NCBI GenBank assembly: GCA_037200925.1
Contig: JBBCGO010000001.1
Coordinates: forward strand, 73,552-137,551
Source of the DNA: Candidatus Doudnabacteria bacterium
Lineage (GTDB): Bacteria; Patescibacteriota; Doudnabacteria; UBA920; O2-02-FULL-48-8
Direction: 5' to 3'
DNA length: 64,000 nt
The first letter of the stretch is position 1. The number at the start of each line of letters is the position of its first letter. Position numbers and translations under genes: made by a program. The notes beneath the pieces were generated by a model that worked only from the letters and a program-made list of their open reading frames with translations, made no database searches and was not told the origin of the DNA. Below, piece after piece: positions 26,404-35,608 of the stretch.

Positions 26404-26721
26404 ATGCTAGAGACTATAGAAAGACCTTCTGAAGAACTCGAAATTTCCGGTCCGGAAAAGACCCAGTCTTTTAGAGAACTTGAAATTACCCCTAAAATAC
26501 AAAAGATCTTAGTAGAAAAATCCAAAAAATACGGCATTGATTTTTTTGATCTCGACGATCCTGTGCAGGAACCTTTAAGAAATTTGTATTTCAGCCTGCC
26601 CGGCCAGATCTCATCCGGCTCAAAGCATATTGATGACATAGATAATGAGATCGAAAAAGCAATAGAGCAAGTAAAAGCAGCCAAAGAAAAATCAGAAGAA
26701 GAGAAAAAATTTCTACATTAA
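26404..26721 (+). CDS. Hypothetical acidic protein
   Basis: 105-aa ORF; no recognisable motif. Confidence 0.35.
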   Translation: MLETIERPSEELEISGPEKTQSFRELEITPKIQKILVEKSKKYGIDFFDLDDPVQEPLRNLYFSLPGQISSGSKHIDDIDNEIEKAIEQVKAAKEKSEEEKKFLH

Positions 26722-26731
26722 TGCAACCCAT

Positions 26732-27067
26732 ATGAATATTGCGATCAAAGCAACAAATTTGGACCTGACTCCCTCTATCAAAGAATATGTGGAAGAAAAA
26801 GTCGGCGCGTTAGACAAGTTTATCAGCGTTCTGGAAGGAAAGGTTGAACTTGAACGCGACCGCCACCACCACAGCGGAGAAGTTTTCCGCGCCGAGATCA
26901 TGCTGGTAATGAGCGGCAAACTTATGCGGGCTGATGCCGAGGCAGAAGACATTTATGCCGCGGTTGATCTGGTCATACCGAAATTGAAAGAGCAGATCAG
27001 CAAGTTCAAGGATAAGAAAACTACTCTGTTCCGCCGCGGCGGACGCACTGCGAAGAAAAAAATATAA
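26732..27067 (+). CDS. hpf: Ribosome hibernation promoting factor (RaiA/HPF/YfiA family)
   Basis: 'MNIAIKATNLDLTPSIKEYVEEKVGALDKF...EVFRAEIML' is the typical HPF fold sequence. Confidence 0.8.
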   Translation: MNIAIKATNLDLTPSIKEYVEEKVGALDKFISVLEGKVELERDRHHHSGEVFRAEIMLVMSGKLMRADAEAEDIYAAVDLVIPKLKEQISKFKDKKTTLFRRGGRTAKKKI

Positions 27068-27075
27068 AAAAGTCC

Positions 27076-27103
27076 TTGACAAGCTTTGTAATTGCTTTAC
27101 AAT
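27076..27103 (+). promoter_or_regulatory. Candidate sigma70 promoter (TTGACA-16-TACAAT) upstream of the decarboxylase gene
   Basis: TTGACA 27076..27081, TACAAT 27098..27103. Confidence 0.4.
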
Positions 27104-27140
27104 TAACTTGAAATAATTTTTCTGAAAATCTTTCACTGAA

Positions 27141-28517
27141 TTGAACACGAAGAAAAATAACTTCAAGAAATTTTGGAAGCTTGGAGTCGAAGAGTATAAT
27201 ACTCAACCTTTTGACATCACGTCGGACGGGAAGCTGGTCGTCAAAGAAGGAAATTACCAGTACAATATTTTCGACCTTATAAAAAAATACGGTTCGCCTC
27301 TTGAAATTGTCTTTCCGTACATTCTGGAGAACCGCGTGCGGGACTTGATCGATATTTTTAACGCCTACATCAAGCTGCATGGCTACAAGGGCCGGTTTTA
27401 TTACCACTACGCCATGAAGGTCAATCAGAACAAAGAGTTCGTCCTGCCGGTGGTGTCTGAAGGCGGGCACTTTGACGTGGCCTCAGTCAATGAACTATGG
27501 CTGGTCAAGCGAATGCTGGAACAGGAGAAGTTCAATCCCAAGATCAGAGTTATCTGCAACGGCCCGAAAAATGAGCCTTATATCAAGCTTATCGAGGAGC
27601 TGAAGGCCAAGGGCCTCACCGTGATCCCGATCATTGAGGATTATAAGGAGCTAGAGCGGCTGAAAAAATTCAAGGGAGAAACGGGGATCCGCGTCAATAT
27701 GAATGTTAAGGTCAAATCCCACTGGGATAAAAGATTTAACCGTTACGGCTTCCATGAAGATGAGATCCTGAAGATTGGCAAGATCAGGAATTTAAGCGTT
27801 CTGCACTATCATATTTCCTCGCAGATCGAGCGGGTTGACGGTCTGGTCCACCCGTTCAAGCGCGCTCTGGAAATTTACAAGGAACTGAAAAAGACCAATC
27901 CGGGACTGGATACGATCGATATGGGCGGCGGCGCCGGCGTGCCATACGAGAAGAAAGGCAAGTTTTACTCGGCAAAGACCGCGATCAACCAGATCGTCCG
28001 CAGCGCCAAGAAATTCTGCGACAAAAATAATCTTAAACACCCGAACCTGATAGTGGAATGGGGCAGATACGTGGCCGCTCCCGCGCAAATTACAATTTAT
28101 AAGATCATATCCGAAAAGCCCGTGGCCGAAGGCGCCAAGCGCAAATGGTACGTCATTGACGGCAGTTTTATGAACGACCTGCTGGATACCTGGGCGATCA
28201 AACAGAAATGGCATGTCACCCCGGTCAACTACATGAAATCAACCAAACTGCAGTCCGTTTGGTTTGCGGGTTCCTCCTGTGATTCTGACGACAAATATAC
28301 CGCCGGGGGCGGCAATATTTTCATGCCACGGATGGAAGATCTGAACGGCGAGGAATTATATGTCGCGTTTTATGACTCAGGCGCATATCAGGATCCGCTG
28401 GCCTCACATCATTGCCTGCTTTCATCTCCGGCCAAGATCATTTGCCAGAACGGAGAAATCAAACTCGCCCGCCGCCGGGAAACTTCGGAAGAAGTCGGAA
28501 AACAATTCGGATGGTGA
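27141..28517 (+). CDS. PLP-dependent decarboxylase, Orn/DAP/Arg decarboxylase family 2; arginine decarboxylase is likely given its neighbours
   Basis: 'HYAMKVNQNKEFV...EGGHFDVASVNEL' contains the PLP-lysine region; 'DMGGGAGVPYE', 'CDSDD'. TTG start, uncertain. Confidence 0.65.
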   Translation: MNTKKNNFKKFWKLGVEEYNTQPFDITSDGKLVVKEGNYQYNIFDLIKKYGSPLEIVFPYILENRVRDLIDIFNAYIKLHGYKGRFYYHYAMKVNQNKEFVLPVVSEGGHFDVASVNELWLVKRMLEQEKFNPKIRVICNGPKNEPYIKLIEELKAKGLTVIPIIEDYKELERLKKFKGETGIRVNMNVKVKSHWDKRFNRYGFHEDEILKIGKIRNLSVLHYHISSQIERVDGLVHPFKRALEIYKELKKTNPGLDTIDMGGGAGVPYEKKGKFYSAKTAINQIVRSAKKFCDKNNLKHPNLIVEWGRYVAAPAQITIYKIISEKPVAEGAKRKWYVIDGSFMNDLLDTWAIKQKWHVTPVNYMKSTKLQSVWFAGSSCDSDDKYTAGGGNIFMPRMEDLNGEELYVAFYDSGAYQDPLASHHCLLSSPAKIICQNGEIKLARRRETSEEVGKQFGW

Positions 28518-28664
28518 GGGAGGGCGCTCGGGCACGCTTCGAAAAGACGCAAAAATTTCATTAAAATTTTTGCTAAGTGCTCGGCCGTTGATACGGCCTC
28601 ACAATTCTTTTGCAAAGCGTGCCCTCGCTAATCAATTAAAAATGTATATAATTAACTTAAATCT

Positions 28665-29633
28665 ATGGGAACAATAAAAGATTTTATCAAACATCATTAC
28701 CGCCATTTCAATTCGGCTGTTGTGATCGACGCGGCTGAGGCTTATGACAAACATTTAAAAAACGGCGGCAAGATGTTTTTGGCCATGGGCGGCGCTATGA
28801 GCACGGCTGAACTGGGATTGTCTTTGGCCGAAATGATACGCCAGAATAAGATCCACGCCGTCTCAACTTCCGCTAACAATCTTGAAGAAGATATTTTTAA
28901 CTTAGTCGCGCACGATCACTATAAGCGCGTGCCTAATTACCGCGACCTTACCCCTGCCGATGAAGTGGATCTGCTGAACAACCATCTTAACCGCGTAACC
29001 GACACATGTATTCCTGAAGAGGAGGCAATGCGCCGGATCGAACGGCATGTTTTGAAATTCTGGCAGAAAGCCGATAAGGCCAATGAGCGGTACATGCCAT
29101 ATGAATATATGTATCAGCTGATCAAGAGCGGGGTTTTGAAGGAGTATTACCAGATCGATCCCAAAGATTCCTGGGTTTTGGCGGCATGCGAAAAAAATAT
29201 TCCGATCTTTACACCCGGCTGGGAAGATTCAACTTTGGGCAATATTTTTGTGGCTAATGTGATACGAAAAGACGTATCTAATTTCCAGGTGGTGAAGTCA
29301 GGTATGGAACAAATGGCTTTTTTGATCGATTGGTATAAGGAAAATTCCAAAAATAGCTCAATCGGCTTTTTCCAGATCGGCGGCGGTATCGCCGGCGACT
29401 TTCCGATCTGCGTCGTACCTCTCATCCAGCAGGATCTCAAGGAAGACTGCAAGCTCTGGGGTTATTTTTGCCAGATATCGGATTCCACGACTTCTTACGG
29501 TTCATACTCCGGTGCCGTGCCAAACGAGAAAATCACTTGGGGAAAATTGGATGTAACTACGCCCAGATTTGTGATAGAGTCAGACGCTACAATTGTGGCG
29601 CCATTGATATTTGCATATGTACTTAATCAATAA
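28665..29633 (+). CDS. Deoxyhypusine synthase-like protein (DHS/homospermidine synthase family)
   Basis: 'KMFLAMGGAMSTAELG', 'IFTPGWEDSTLG' and 'IGGGIAGDF' match the DHS family. Confidence 0.7.
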   Translation: MGTIKDFIKHHYRHFNSAVVIDAAEAYDKHLKNGGKMFLAMGGAMSTAELGLSLAEMIRQNKIHAVSTSANNLEEDIFNLVAHDHYKRVPNYRDLTPADEVDLLNNHLNRVTDTCIPEEEAMRRIERHVLKFWQKADKANERYMPYEYMYQLIKSGVLKEYYQIDPKDSWVLAACEKNIPIFTPGWEDSTLGNIFVANVIRKDVSNFQVVKSGMEQMAFLIDWYKENSKNSSIGFFQIGGGIAGDFPICVVPLIQQDLKEDCKLWGYFCQISDSTTSYGSYSGAVPNEKITWGKLDVTTPRFVIESDATIVAPLIFAYVLNQ

Positions 29634-29721
29634 CGCCCCCGGCGCTGATGCGCCACCCCCTCTTAAATTAAGAGGGGGTGAATTAGCCAAAGCGTTAGCG
29701 GGGGAGTTATTTCCTTAGAAT

Positions 29722-30639
29722 ATGTTTGACCCCAAAAAGCCATATGAACCAAAGCCATTTTTGGACATCTTCAACCTCGGCATCAAACCCGAGGTTACTT
29801 TTGAGTCCTCAGATGCCGTTATCGTACCTTTCGGATATGAAGGCACTGTGACTTTTGGGCATGGCACAGACAAGGGACCAGCAGGATTGATCGAAGCTTC
29901 CCTCCAGGTCGAGACTTTTGACGACGAGTTGCTGGATGATGTACAGGATCACATCAGAATTTGGACAACGCAGCAGCCGGAACTGCCTAAGGAGCCAGAA
30001 GAAGCGTGCAAGTTTTTGAAAAGTATTGTTGAAAATATCATCGAGCAAAAGAAACTGCCGGTGGTTGTGGGTGGGGAACACAGCATCAGTTTTGGTTTTG
30101 CCCAGGCTTTGAACGAGCATTACAAAGATGTTTCGGTTCTGGTTTTTGATTCGCATTTGGATCTTGGCGACAGGTGGTCGCCGAAACCTTTTACTCATGC
30201 GGCTTGGCTAAAATATTCTCTGGATTTGCCGAATATTAAAAAAGCCACATTGGTCGGCATCCGGAATTTTAATAAACTTGAATATGAATTTTGGCAGAAC
30301 CATCCCGAACGCGTGAAAGTTTTCCTGGCAAGGGACCGTAAGAACTGGAAGATCGACGAGATCGTCGATAGCTTAGGCGAAAATGTATATTTAAGTTTTG
30401 ATATTGATGCTTTTGACGCGAGCATGATCCCGTCCACCGGGACGCCTGAACCCGGGGGACCTGCGTGGGACGAAATTCTGCCGATAATCAAAGCAGTAGC
30501 TCAGAAGAAAAATATCATAGGGATTGATCTGGTGGAATTGGCGCCGATAAAAGAACTTCAAGCGCCGGACTTCATGGCTGCCAAGCTTTTGATGAAAATG
30601 ATCTTATACAAATTCAAGGCGAAAGCGCTGAAAGCATAA
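29722..30639 (+). CDS. speB: Agmatinase/arginase-family ureohydrolase
   Basis: 'VVVGGEHSIS', 'VLVFDSHLDL' and 'SFDIDAFDASMIPSTGTPEPGG' Mn-binding motifs. Confidence 0.75.
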   Translation: MFDPKKPYEPKPFLDIFNLGIKPEVTFESSDAVIVPFGYEGTVTFGHGTDKGPAGLIEASLQVETFDDELLDDVQDHIRIWTTQQPELPKEPEEACKFLKSIVENIIEQKKLPVVVGGEHSISFGFAQALNEHYKDVSVLVFDSHLDLGDRWSPKPFTHAAWLKYSLDLPNIKKATLVGIRNFNKLEYEFWQNHPERVKVFLARDRKNWKIDEIVDSLGENVYLSFDIDAFDASMIPSTGTPEPGGPAWDEILPIIKAVAQKKNIIGIDLVELAPIKELQAPDFMAAKLLMKMILYKFKAKALKA

Positions 30640-30643
30640 ACTT

Positions 30644-30967
30644 TTGGAGGAAACTAAGATGGCGGATGAAACCACCCAATCCGCATCGGATTGGTCGCGC
30701 AATCAGATACTCTGGTATCTGAAATACGTGAAAGCCGAGTATTTTTTGCTTACCAACGAGAACGAGTCCCGGAAGTACGGGGATGCTCAAAAGGCCCTTG
30801 AAGCCGGAGATCCAACTCCCGCCAAAGAGCTGCTGATACGAGACCGCGAGATCTGGTTCAAATGGGGCGAGACCATGCCCATCACCTGCCCTCACAAGGA
30901 GAGCCAGAAGAAGGATATTGACGGACATATTCGGCAGTTTGACAACTGGCTTGAGGCATTAGGTTAG
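30644..30967 (+). CDS. Hypothetical protein; GC-rich cassette
   Basis: About 52% GC. GGAGGA sits 8 nt before the ATG, with 'agccttttctttttgc' downstream. Confidence 0.4.
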   Translation: MEETKMADETTQSASDWSRNQILWYLKYVKAEYFLLTNENESRKYGDAQKALEAGDPTPAKELLIRDREIWFKWGETMPITCPHKESQKKDIDGHIRQFDNWLEALG

Positions 30968-31071
30968 GACGCTTGTCTTAGCCTTTTCTTTTTGCAATTC
31001 TTCTTATTGACAAAATCATATAAAAGGGGTTATATCTTAATATCCGACAAACCCGAATGGGGGATAGCAAC

Positions 31072-31324
31072 CATGGCAAATGAACGGATGCTTCGAGACC
31101 GTGTACCTCTTAGCGCAGAGGAGAGATCTGTCCTGGTGGGATGGCTGCGCTATCAGGCGAGCCAACGCGATTTAAATAAGCAATTTCTTGACTGCAGACT
31201 GATCGAAGAGAACGCCAAAATATTGGAGGAAGATGGCTTTGTAACCAATGTGATTATTGAGTTGATGGTTGCGGAGGCTAAAAAACTCAACCAATGGATT
31301 GAGAAATTTTCCCTGCCGAGATGA
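31072..31324 (+). CDS. Hypothetical protein
   Basis: The ORF is open from 30992; the ATG at 31072 (MANERML) is preceded by GGGGGA. Followed by 'cggccttttctttttggccgg'. Confidence 0.35.
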
Positions 31325-31380
31325 TTTTTGTTTCGGCCTTTTCTTTTTGGCCGGAATTTAGTATAATAAAGCAGATTTTT

Positions 31381-34008
31381 ATGTCTTTTTTATCCAATCT
31401 ATTCTCATCTTCGAATGAAACGGTGGTCAGGCAGCTCGGCAAAAAAGTTGCCGAGATAAACTCGCTTGAAAAAGAATTTGAAGGCAAGTCGCAAAGCGAC
31501 TTGCAAACTCTAACAGCTAAGTGGAAATCCGACTTGGCGCCTTTAGATTTGGAACAAACCAAAGAGTATCTCGGAAAGATATTGCCTGAGGCTTTTGCTT
31601 CCGTGCGTGAGGCGGCCAAAAGAACGATTGGCCAGAGGCATTATGACGTGCAACTTCTTGGCGGCATGGTTCTGCATCAAGGCTCAATAGCTGAAATGCG
31701 AACCGGTGAAGGAAAAACCCTGGTTGCGACCCTGCCTTTATATTTGAACGCTTTGGCCGGACGCGGCGCGCATCTGATCACAGTTAACGATTACCTGGCC
31801 CGCTGGCAGGCATCGTGGATGGGCCAGATCTACCATTATTTGGGATTATCCGTGGCCTCAATTCAGCATGAGCAGGCATTTTTGTATGATCCGGGTTATG
31901 CCCCGGAAGAGGAAGAGATCAAGCAGATCGAATCCAAGGTCCAGGGTTTGGTTTTGGATGTCAAACACATGCGGCCTATTCCGAGGCGCCAGGCGTATGC
32001 TTCGGACATCACCTACGGCACGAATAATGAATACGGATTTGATTATTTGCGCGATAATATGGTTTGGGACAAGAACCAGATGGTTCAGCGGGACCTGTTT
32101 TATGCCATTGTGGACGAGGTTGATTCCATTTTGATAGACGAGGCGCGCACGCCTTTGATAATCTCTGCGCCCGATACGGACCCGACCGATAAATACCTGG
32201 AATTTGCCAGGGCTGCGAATAAACTTGTCAAAGATGAGGATTATACAGTAGATGAAAAACACAAGGCTGTGATGATAAATGACAAAGGGATTTCCAGCCT
32301 TGAAAAAATTTTGAATGTTCCAAATCTTTACAATGATGTTGCGCTCGTGCATCACAACGAAAACGCTTTGCGCGCCAAAGAGCTTTTCAAAAGGGACCAG
32401 CAGTATGTGGTCAAAAGCGGTGAAATAATCATTGTAGACGAGTTTACCGGCCGCATGATGTACGGCCGCAGATATTCCGAGGGTCTGCACCAGGCGATCG
32501 AAGCCAAAGAAGCCGCGGTTTACCGCCAGCCTGTGAAGATCCAGCAGGAAAGCAAGACCTTGGCCACAATTACGTTCCAAAATCTGTTCCGTTTATATCA
32601 CAAACTGGCGGGCATGACCGGTACTGCAGAAACTGAAGCTGAGGAGTTCCACAAAATTTACACTTTAGAAGTGGTGCAGATCCCGACCAACCAGCCCATG
32701 GTCAGAAAAGATTCGCCGGATCAGGTTTATAAGAACGTGGAAGGAAAATTCACCGCGCTTATCAGAACTATTAAAGAACTGCATGAAAAGGGCCGGCCGA
32801 TGCTGATCGGTACGATCTCAATTGAGAAGAACGAGATGATGTCCGAGCTTCTAACCCAGGCGGGAGTGCCGCACGAAACCCTGAATGCAAAAAATAACGA
32901 CCGCGAGGCGCATATTATCGCGCAGGCGGGGCGCTTGGGCGCAGTCACCCTGGCCACGAACATTGCAGGAAGAGGAGTTGACATTATTTTGGGCGGAAGC
33001 ATTCCGGATCCTGTTGAGCAGGAAAAAGTGAAAGAACTCGGCGGCCTGTTTGTCATCGGTACTGAGCGCCATGAATCGCGCCGTATTGATAACCAGCTGC
33101 GCGGACGCGCAGGGAGGCAGGGAGATCCCGGTGCTTCGCAATTTTTTCTTTCTTTGGAAGACGACCTGATGCGCTTGTTCGGCGGCGAGCGGGTGCAGAA
33201 AATGATGGAAACTCTGGGCATTCCGGATGACCAGCCCATAGAACATGGGATTATTTCCAAATCCATTGAATCGGCCCAGCGCAAGATCGAAGGGTTGAAC
33301 TTTGACACCCGCAAACATGTTTTGGAATACGACGATGTCATGAACAAGCAGCGGACAGTGATCTACGGCAAGCGAAAAGAAATTTTGGATCGCACGGAAC
33401 CTTTATCTGAAGATATTCTGGGCATGATAGAAAAAGAAATTACGAACGTTGTTAATTTCGCATTGGCGCAGGAAGATGTGAATTTAGAGGAGCTGCATAA
33501 AGAAATTTCGGGATTTTTGCCGCTGCAGCAAACGGACATCATTGATTCGCATGATGCGATCGAACTGGTCAATCACTTTGTAGAAATCGCAGAGCGCGAA
33601 TACAAAGCCAAAGAACAGAAGGTCGGACGCGAAGTTCTGAACAATATGGAAAAATTGGTGTACCTGCGTTCAATTGATACTCTGTGGCAGGAACATTTGG
33701 ATACAGTGGAGCATTTGCGCGATTCGGTCAGACTCCGCGGTTATGGCCAGAGAGATCCATTGCAGGAATTCAAAAATGAGGGCTATCAGATTTTCCAAAG
33801 GTTGCTGGAAGAGATCAATAAGCAAATTGTTTTTACTATTTTCAGAATTGATGTCGTGCCACAGCAGGCGCCGGTGATCCGGCTAGATCCTTCGCAAAAA
33901 GAAATCGGGCGCAACGACCCTTGTCCATGCGGAAGCGGCAAAAAATGGAAAAAATGCGGCCTTTTAAACACGCCCGAGCATCAAAGATTGATGGCGCAAA
34001 AGACATAA
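31381..34008 (+). CDS. secA: SecA preprotein translocase ATPase
   Basis: 'LGGMVLHQGSIAEMRTGEGKTLVATLP', 'DEVDSILIDEARTPLIIS', C-terminal Zn finger 'CPCGSGKKWKKCG'. The ORF is open from 31321; ATG 'MSFLSNLF' at 31381. Confidence 0.95.
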   Translation: MSFLSNLFSSSNETVVRQLGKKVAEINSLEKEFEGKSQSDLQTLTAKWKSDLAPLDLEQTKEYLGKILPEAFASVREAAKRTIGQRHYDVQLLGGMVLHQGSIAEMRTGEGKTLVATLPLYLNALAGRGAHLITVNDYLARWQASWMGQIYHYLGLSVASIQHEQAFLYDPGYAPEEEEIKQIESKVQGLVLDVKHMRPIPRRQAYASDITYGTNNEYGFDYLRDNMVWDKNQMVQRDLFYAIVDEVDSILIDEARTPLIISAPDTDPTDKYLEFARAANKLVKDEDYTVDEKHKAVMINDKGISSLEKILNVPNLYNDVALVHHNENALRAKELFKRDQQYVVKSGEIIIVDEFTGRMMYGRRYSEGLHQAIEAKEAAVYRQPVKIQQESKTLATITFQNLFRLYHKLAGMTGTAETEAEEFHKIYTLEVVQIPTNQPMVRKDSPDQVYKNVEGKFTALIRTIKELHEKGRPMLIGTISIEKNEMMSELLTQAGVPHETLNAKNNDREAHIIAQAGRLGAVTLATNIAGRGVDIILGGSIPDPVEQEKVKELGGLFVIGTERHESRRIDNQLRGRAGRQGDPGASQFFLSLEDDLMRLFGGERVQKMMETLGIPDDQPIEHGIISKSIESAQRKIEGLNFDTRKHVLEYDDVMNKQRTVIYGKRKEILDRTEPLSEDILGMIEKEITNVVNFALAQEDVNLEELHKEISGFLPLQQTDIIDSHDAIELVNHFVEIAEREYKAKEQKVGREVLNNMEKLVYLRSIDTLWQEHLDTVEHLRDSVRLRGYGQRDPLQEFKNEGYQIFQRLLEEINKQIVFTIFRIDVVPQQAPVIRLDPSQKEIGRNDPCPCGSGKKWKKCGLLNTPEHQRLMAQKT

Positions 34009-34022
34009 AAAAAGAGCCCTTC

Positions 34023-34337
34023 TCAAGTTGAGTCGGGCTTTGCAAGCAGGGCTCCGCACCATGGGCAAAACGGCGCGTCCCAGCTGGCTCGGACAGCGGG
34101 AGTCGGAAAAAATCCGTTATGCTCCGGTTCGCGGCACGAAGCTTTGATTTCCTCCGGGGTCAAACCGAATACTGCCTTGAACTTTTCTCGGTCTAAGAAT
34201 GCATTCGGCTCTCCGCATTCCTCGCAAAACGGGGAAATACTTCCATCAACGATCTGATGTCCGCATTTGATGCAGACTGCCAGATCCTTCCGGAAGTGGC
34301 GCTTAGTTTCGCCTAAAGGATCGTCTATCTGCGTCAT
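34023..34337 (-). CDS. Small zinc-ribbon protein
   Basis: 'CIKCGHQ...CEECGEP' and 'CPWCGAL' Cys pairs. Confidence 0.4.
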   Translation of the reverse strand: MTQIDDPLGETKRHFRKDLAVCIKCGHQIVDGSISPFCEECGEPNAFLDREKFKAVFGLTPEEIKASCREPEHNGFFPTPAVRASWDAPFCPWCGALLAKPDST

Positions 34338-34398
34338 TTATTATTCCTCCTCAACTAAAGAGTTTATCAAAGAATCATAAACAAGTCAACAGGTTTTT

Positions 34399-34974
34399 AT
34401 GAAAAACAAAACAATATTTTTGATTATTGGATTGCTGGCGCTTGTGTTTCTGATCTCGCAAAGTCACATCAAATCACCAAAAGCGATAATTACAGGTGAA
34501 AACTATGACACAAGCATCAAAACTATTCCCGGCGAACCGATAAAAGTAGATCACGTCATTGACGGGGATACAATAGTTTTTATCAACGGCGATCATTTGC
34601 GGTATGTGGGCGTGGACACGCCCGAAGAGTTTGACCAGCGAAAACCCGTGCAATGTTTTGCCAAACAAGCTGCGGAAAAAAATAAAGAACTGGTGGAAGG
34701 CAAAACGATCAAGTTCTACAAAGATGTTGATGATATGGACCAGTACGGCCGGTGGCTGGGATTCGTATATCTTGAGGACGGAACATTTGTGAATATGGAA
34801 TTGGTCAAACAGGGTTACGCCTTTGCATATCCGTATCCTCCTGATGTTTCCAAATCGGAAGAGTTTGCCGCTGCGGAATCTTATGCAAGGACCAATAAAT
34901 TGGGGTTGTGGAACGGCCAATGCACAATCTCAAAGCTGTCCACAGGCCGCGAGCAGACGAATCCTGCGCAATAG
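34399..34974 (+). CDS. Secreted thermonuclease (staphylococcal nuclease-like, SNase)
   Basis: 'VIDGDTIVF...LRYVGVDTPE', 'YGRWLGFVY', 'NMELVKQGYA' SNase motifs. N-terminal TM/signal. Confidence 0.8.
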   Translation: MKNKTIFLIIGLLALVFLISQSHIKSPKAIITGENYDTSIKTIPGEPIKVDHVIDGDTIVFINGDHLRYVGVDTPEEFDQRKPVQCFAKQAAEKNKELVEGKTIKFYKDVDDMDQYGRWLGFVYLEDGTFVNMELVKQGYAFAYPYPPDVSKSEEFAAAESYARTNKLGLWNGQCTISKLSTGREQTNPAQ

Positions 34975-35100
34975 TGTATAATTAATCCAACAACTGAATA
35001 TATATCAAGAGTGGCGGTGAAAGCTCTGGCTTTATGACCCGCCCGGCAACCCTCAACAAGAGAAGGTGCCAATTCCAGCCTCTAACGAGGAAAGATAATA

Positions 35101-35130
35101 AAAAAACTTTCCTTCCGGAAGGTTTTTTTG
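35101..35130. terminator. Bidirectional rho-independent terminator between convergent genes
   Basis: 'aaaaaaactttCCTTCCGGAAGGttttttt': a perfect 12-bp palindrome flanked by A and T tracts. Confidence 0.8.
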
Positions 35131-35147
35131 TAAAAAAAGAAGCCTCG

Positions 35148-35534
35148 CTAGCGCGGGCTTGGTTTGAGGGGCACAGGGTCAACCAGTTGTTTTACGCAGT
35201 TGATCGCTGCTCCGTACTCGGCAAAAATTTCCTTAGGCAGCGCCTTGACCTTTTTTTTCAGGTCTTCCTGAACCGCTTGAGAGTTGGCGACGAAGACCAA
35301 AGGCTTGTGCATGTTCGCGAACACCGATTTGGTCTGGATCATGAACTCGCACGTATCCCGTTCAAACCGTTCCAGATGGGTCAGGTCGAACACAACAATG
35401 TTGAGCTTTTGGATAAAGCCAGGACGAAGCCCGAAGGTCAGCAGACCGATCTCTTGTTCGCTCATGGATTCGCCGATAATGATCTTGAGCATGCGAGCCT
35501 TAGGCCAGTCGCCGTTGTTCACTGAAATCGACAT
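35148..35534 (-). CDS. STAS-domain protein (anti-sigma-factor-antagonist-like)
   Basis: 'FDLTHLERFERDTCEFMIQTKSVFANMHKPLVFVANSQAVQEDLKK' fits a STAS core. AAGGAG ribosome-binding site before the ATG at 35534; the ORF track extends to 35558. Confidence 0.45.
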   Translation of the reverse strand: MSISVNNGDWPKARMLKIIIGESMSEQEIGLLTFGLRPGFIQKLNIVVFDLTHLERFERDTCEFMIQTKSVFANMHKPLVFVANSQAVQEDLKKKVKALPKEIFAEYGAAINCVKQLVDPVPLKPSPR

Positions 35535-35608
35535 AGGGGCTCCTTGGGGAAATCGCAATTCCTCCTTGCGATATTCAAGCAGTTTAGCGTTTAATCAACA
35601 CTACGTCA

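Noticed and set aside
35085-35130. UCCGGAAGGAA-like string reminiscent of the SRP (4.5S) RNA helix-8 motif, and a GAGGAAAG string reminiscent of RNase P P4
   Set aside because: The CCTTCCGGAAGG palindrome is flanked by A and T tracts and sits between convergent genes. That is a bidirectional terminator. The rest of the SRP or RNase P consensus is absent, since GAGGAAAG is followed by AUAAU rather than UCCGGGC.
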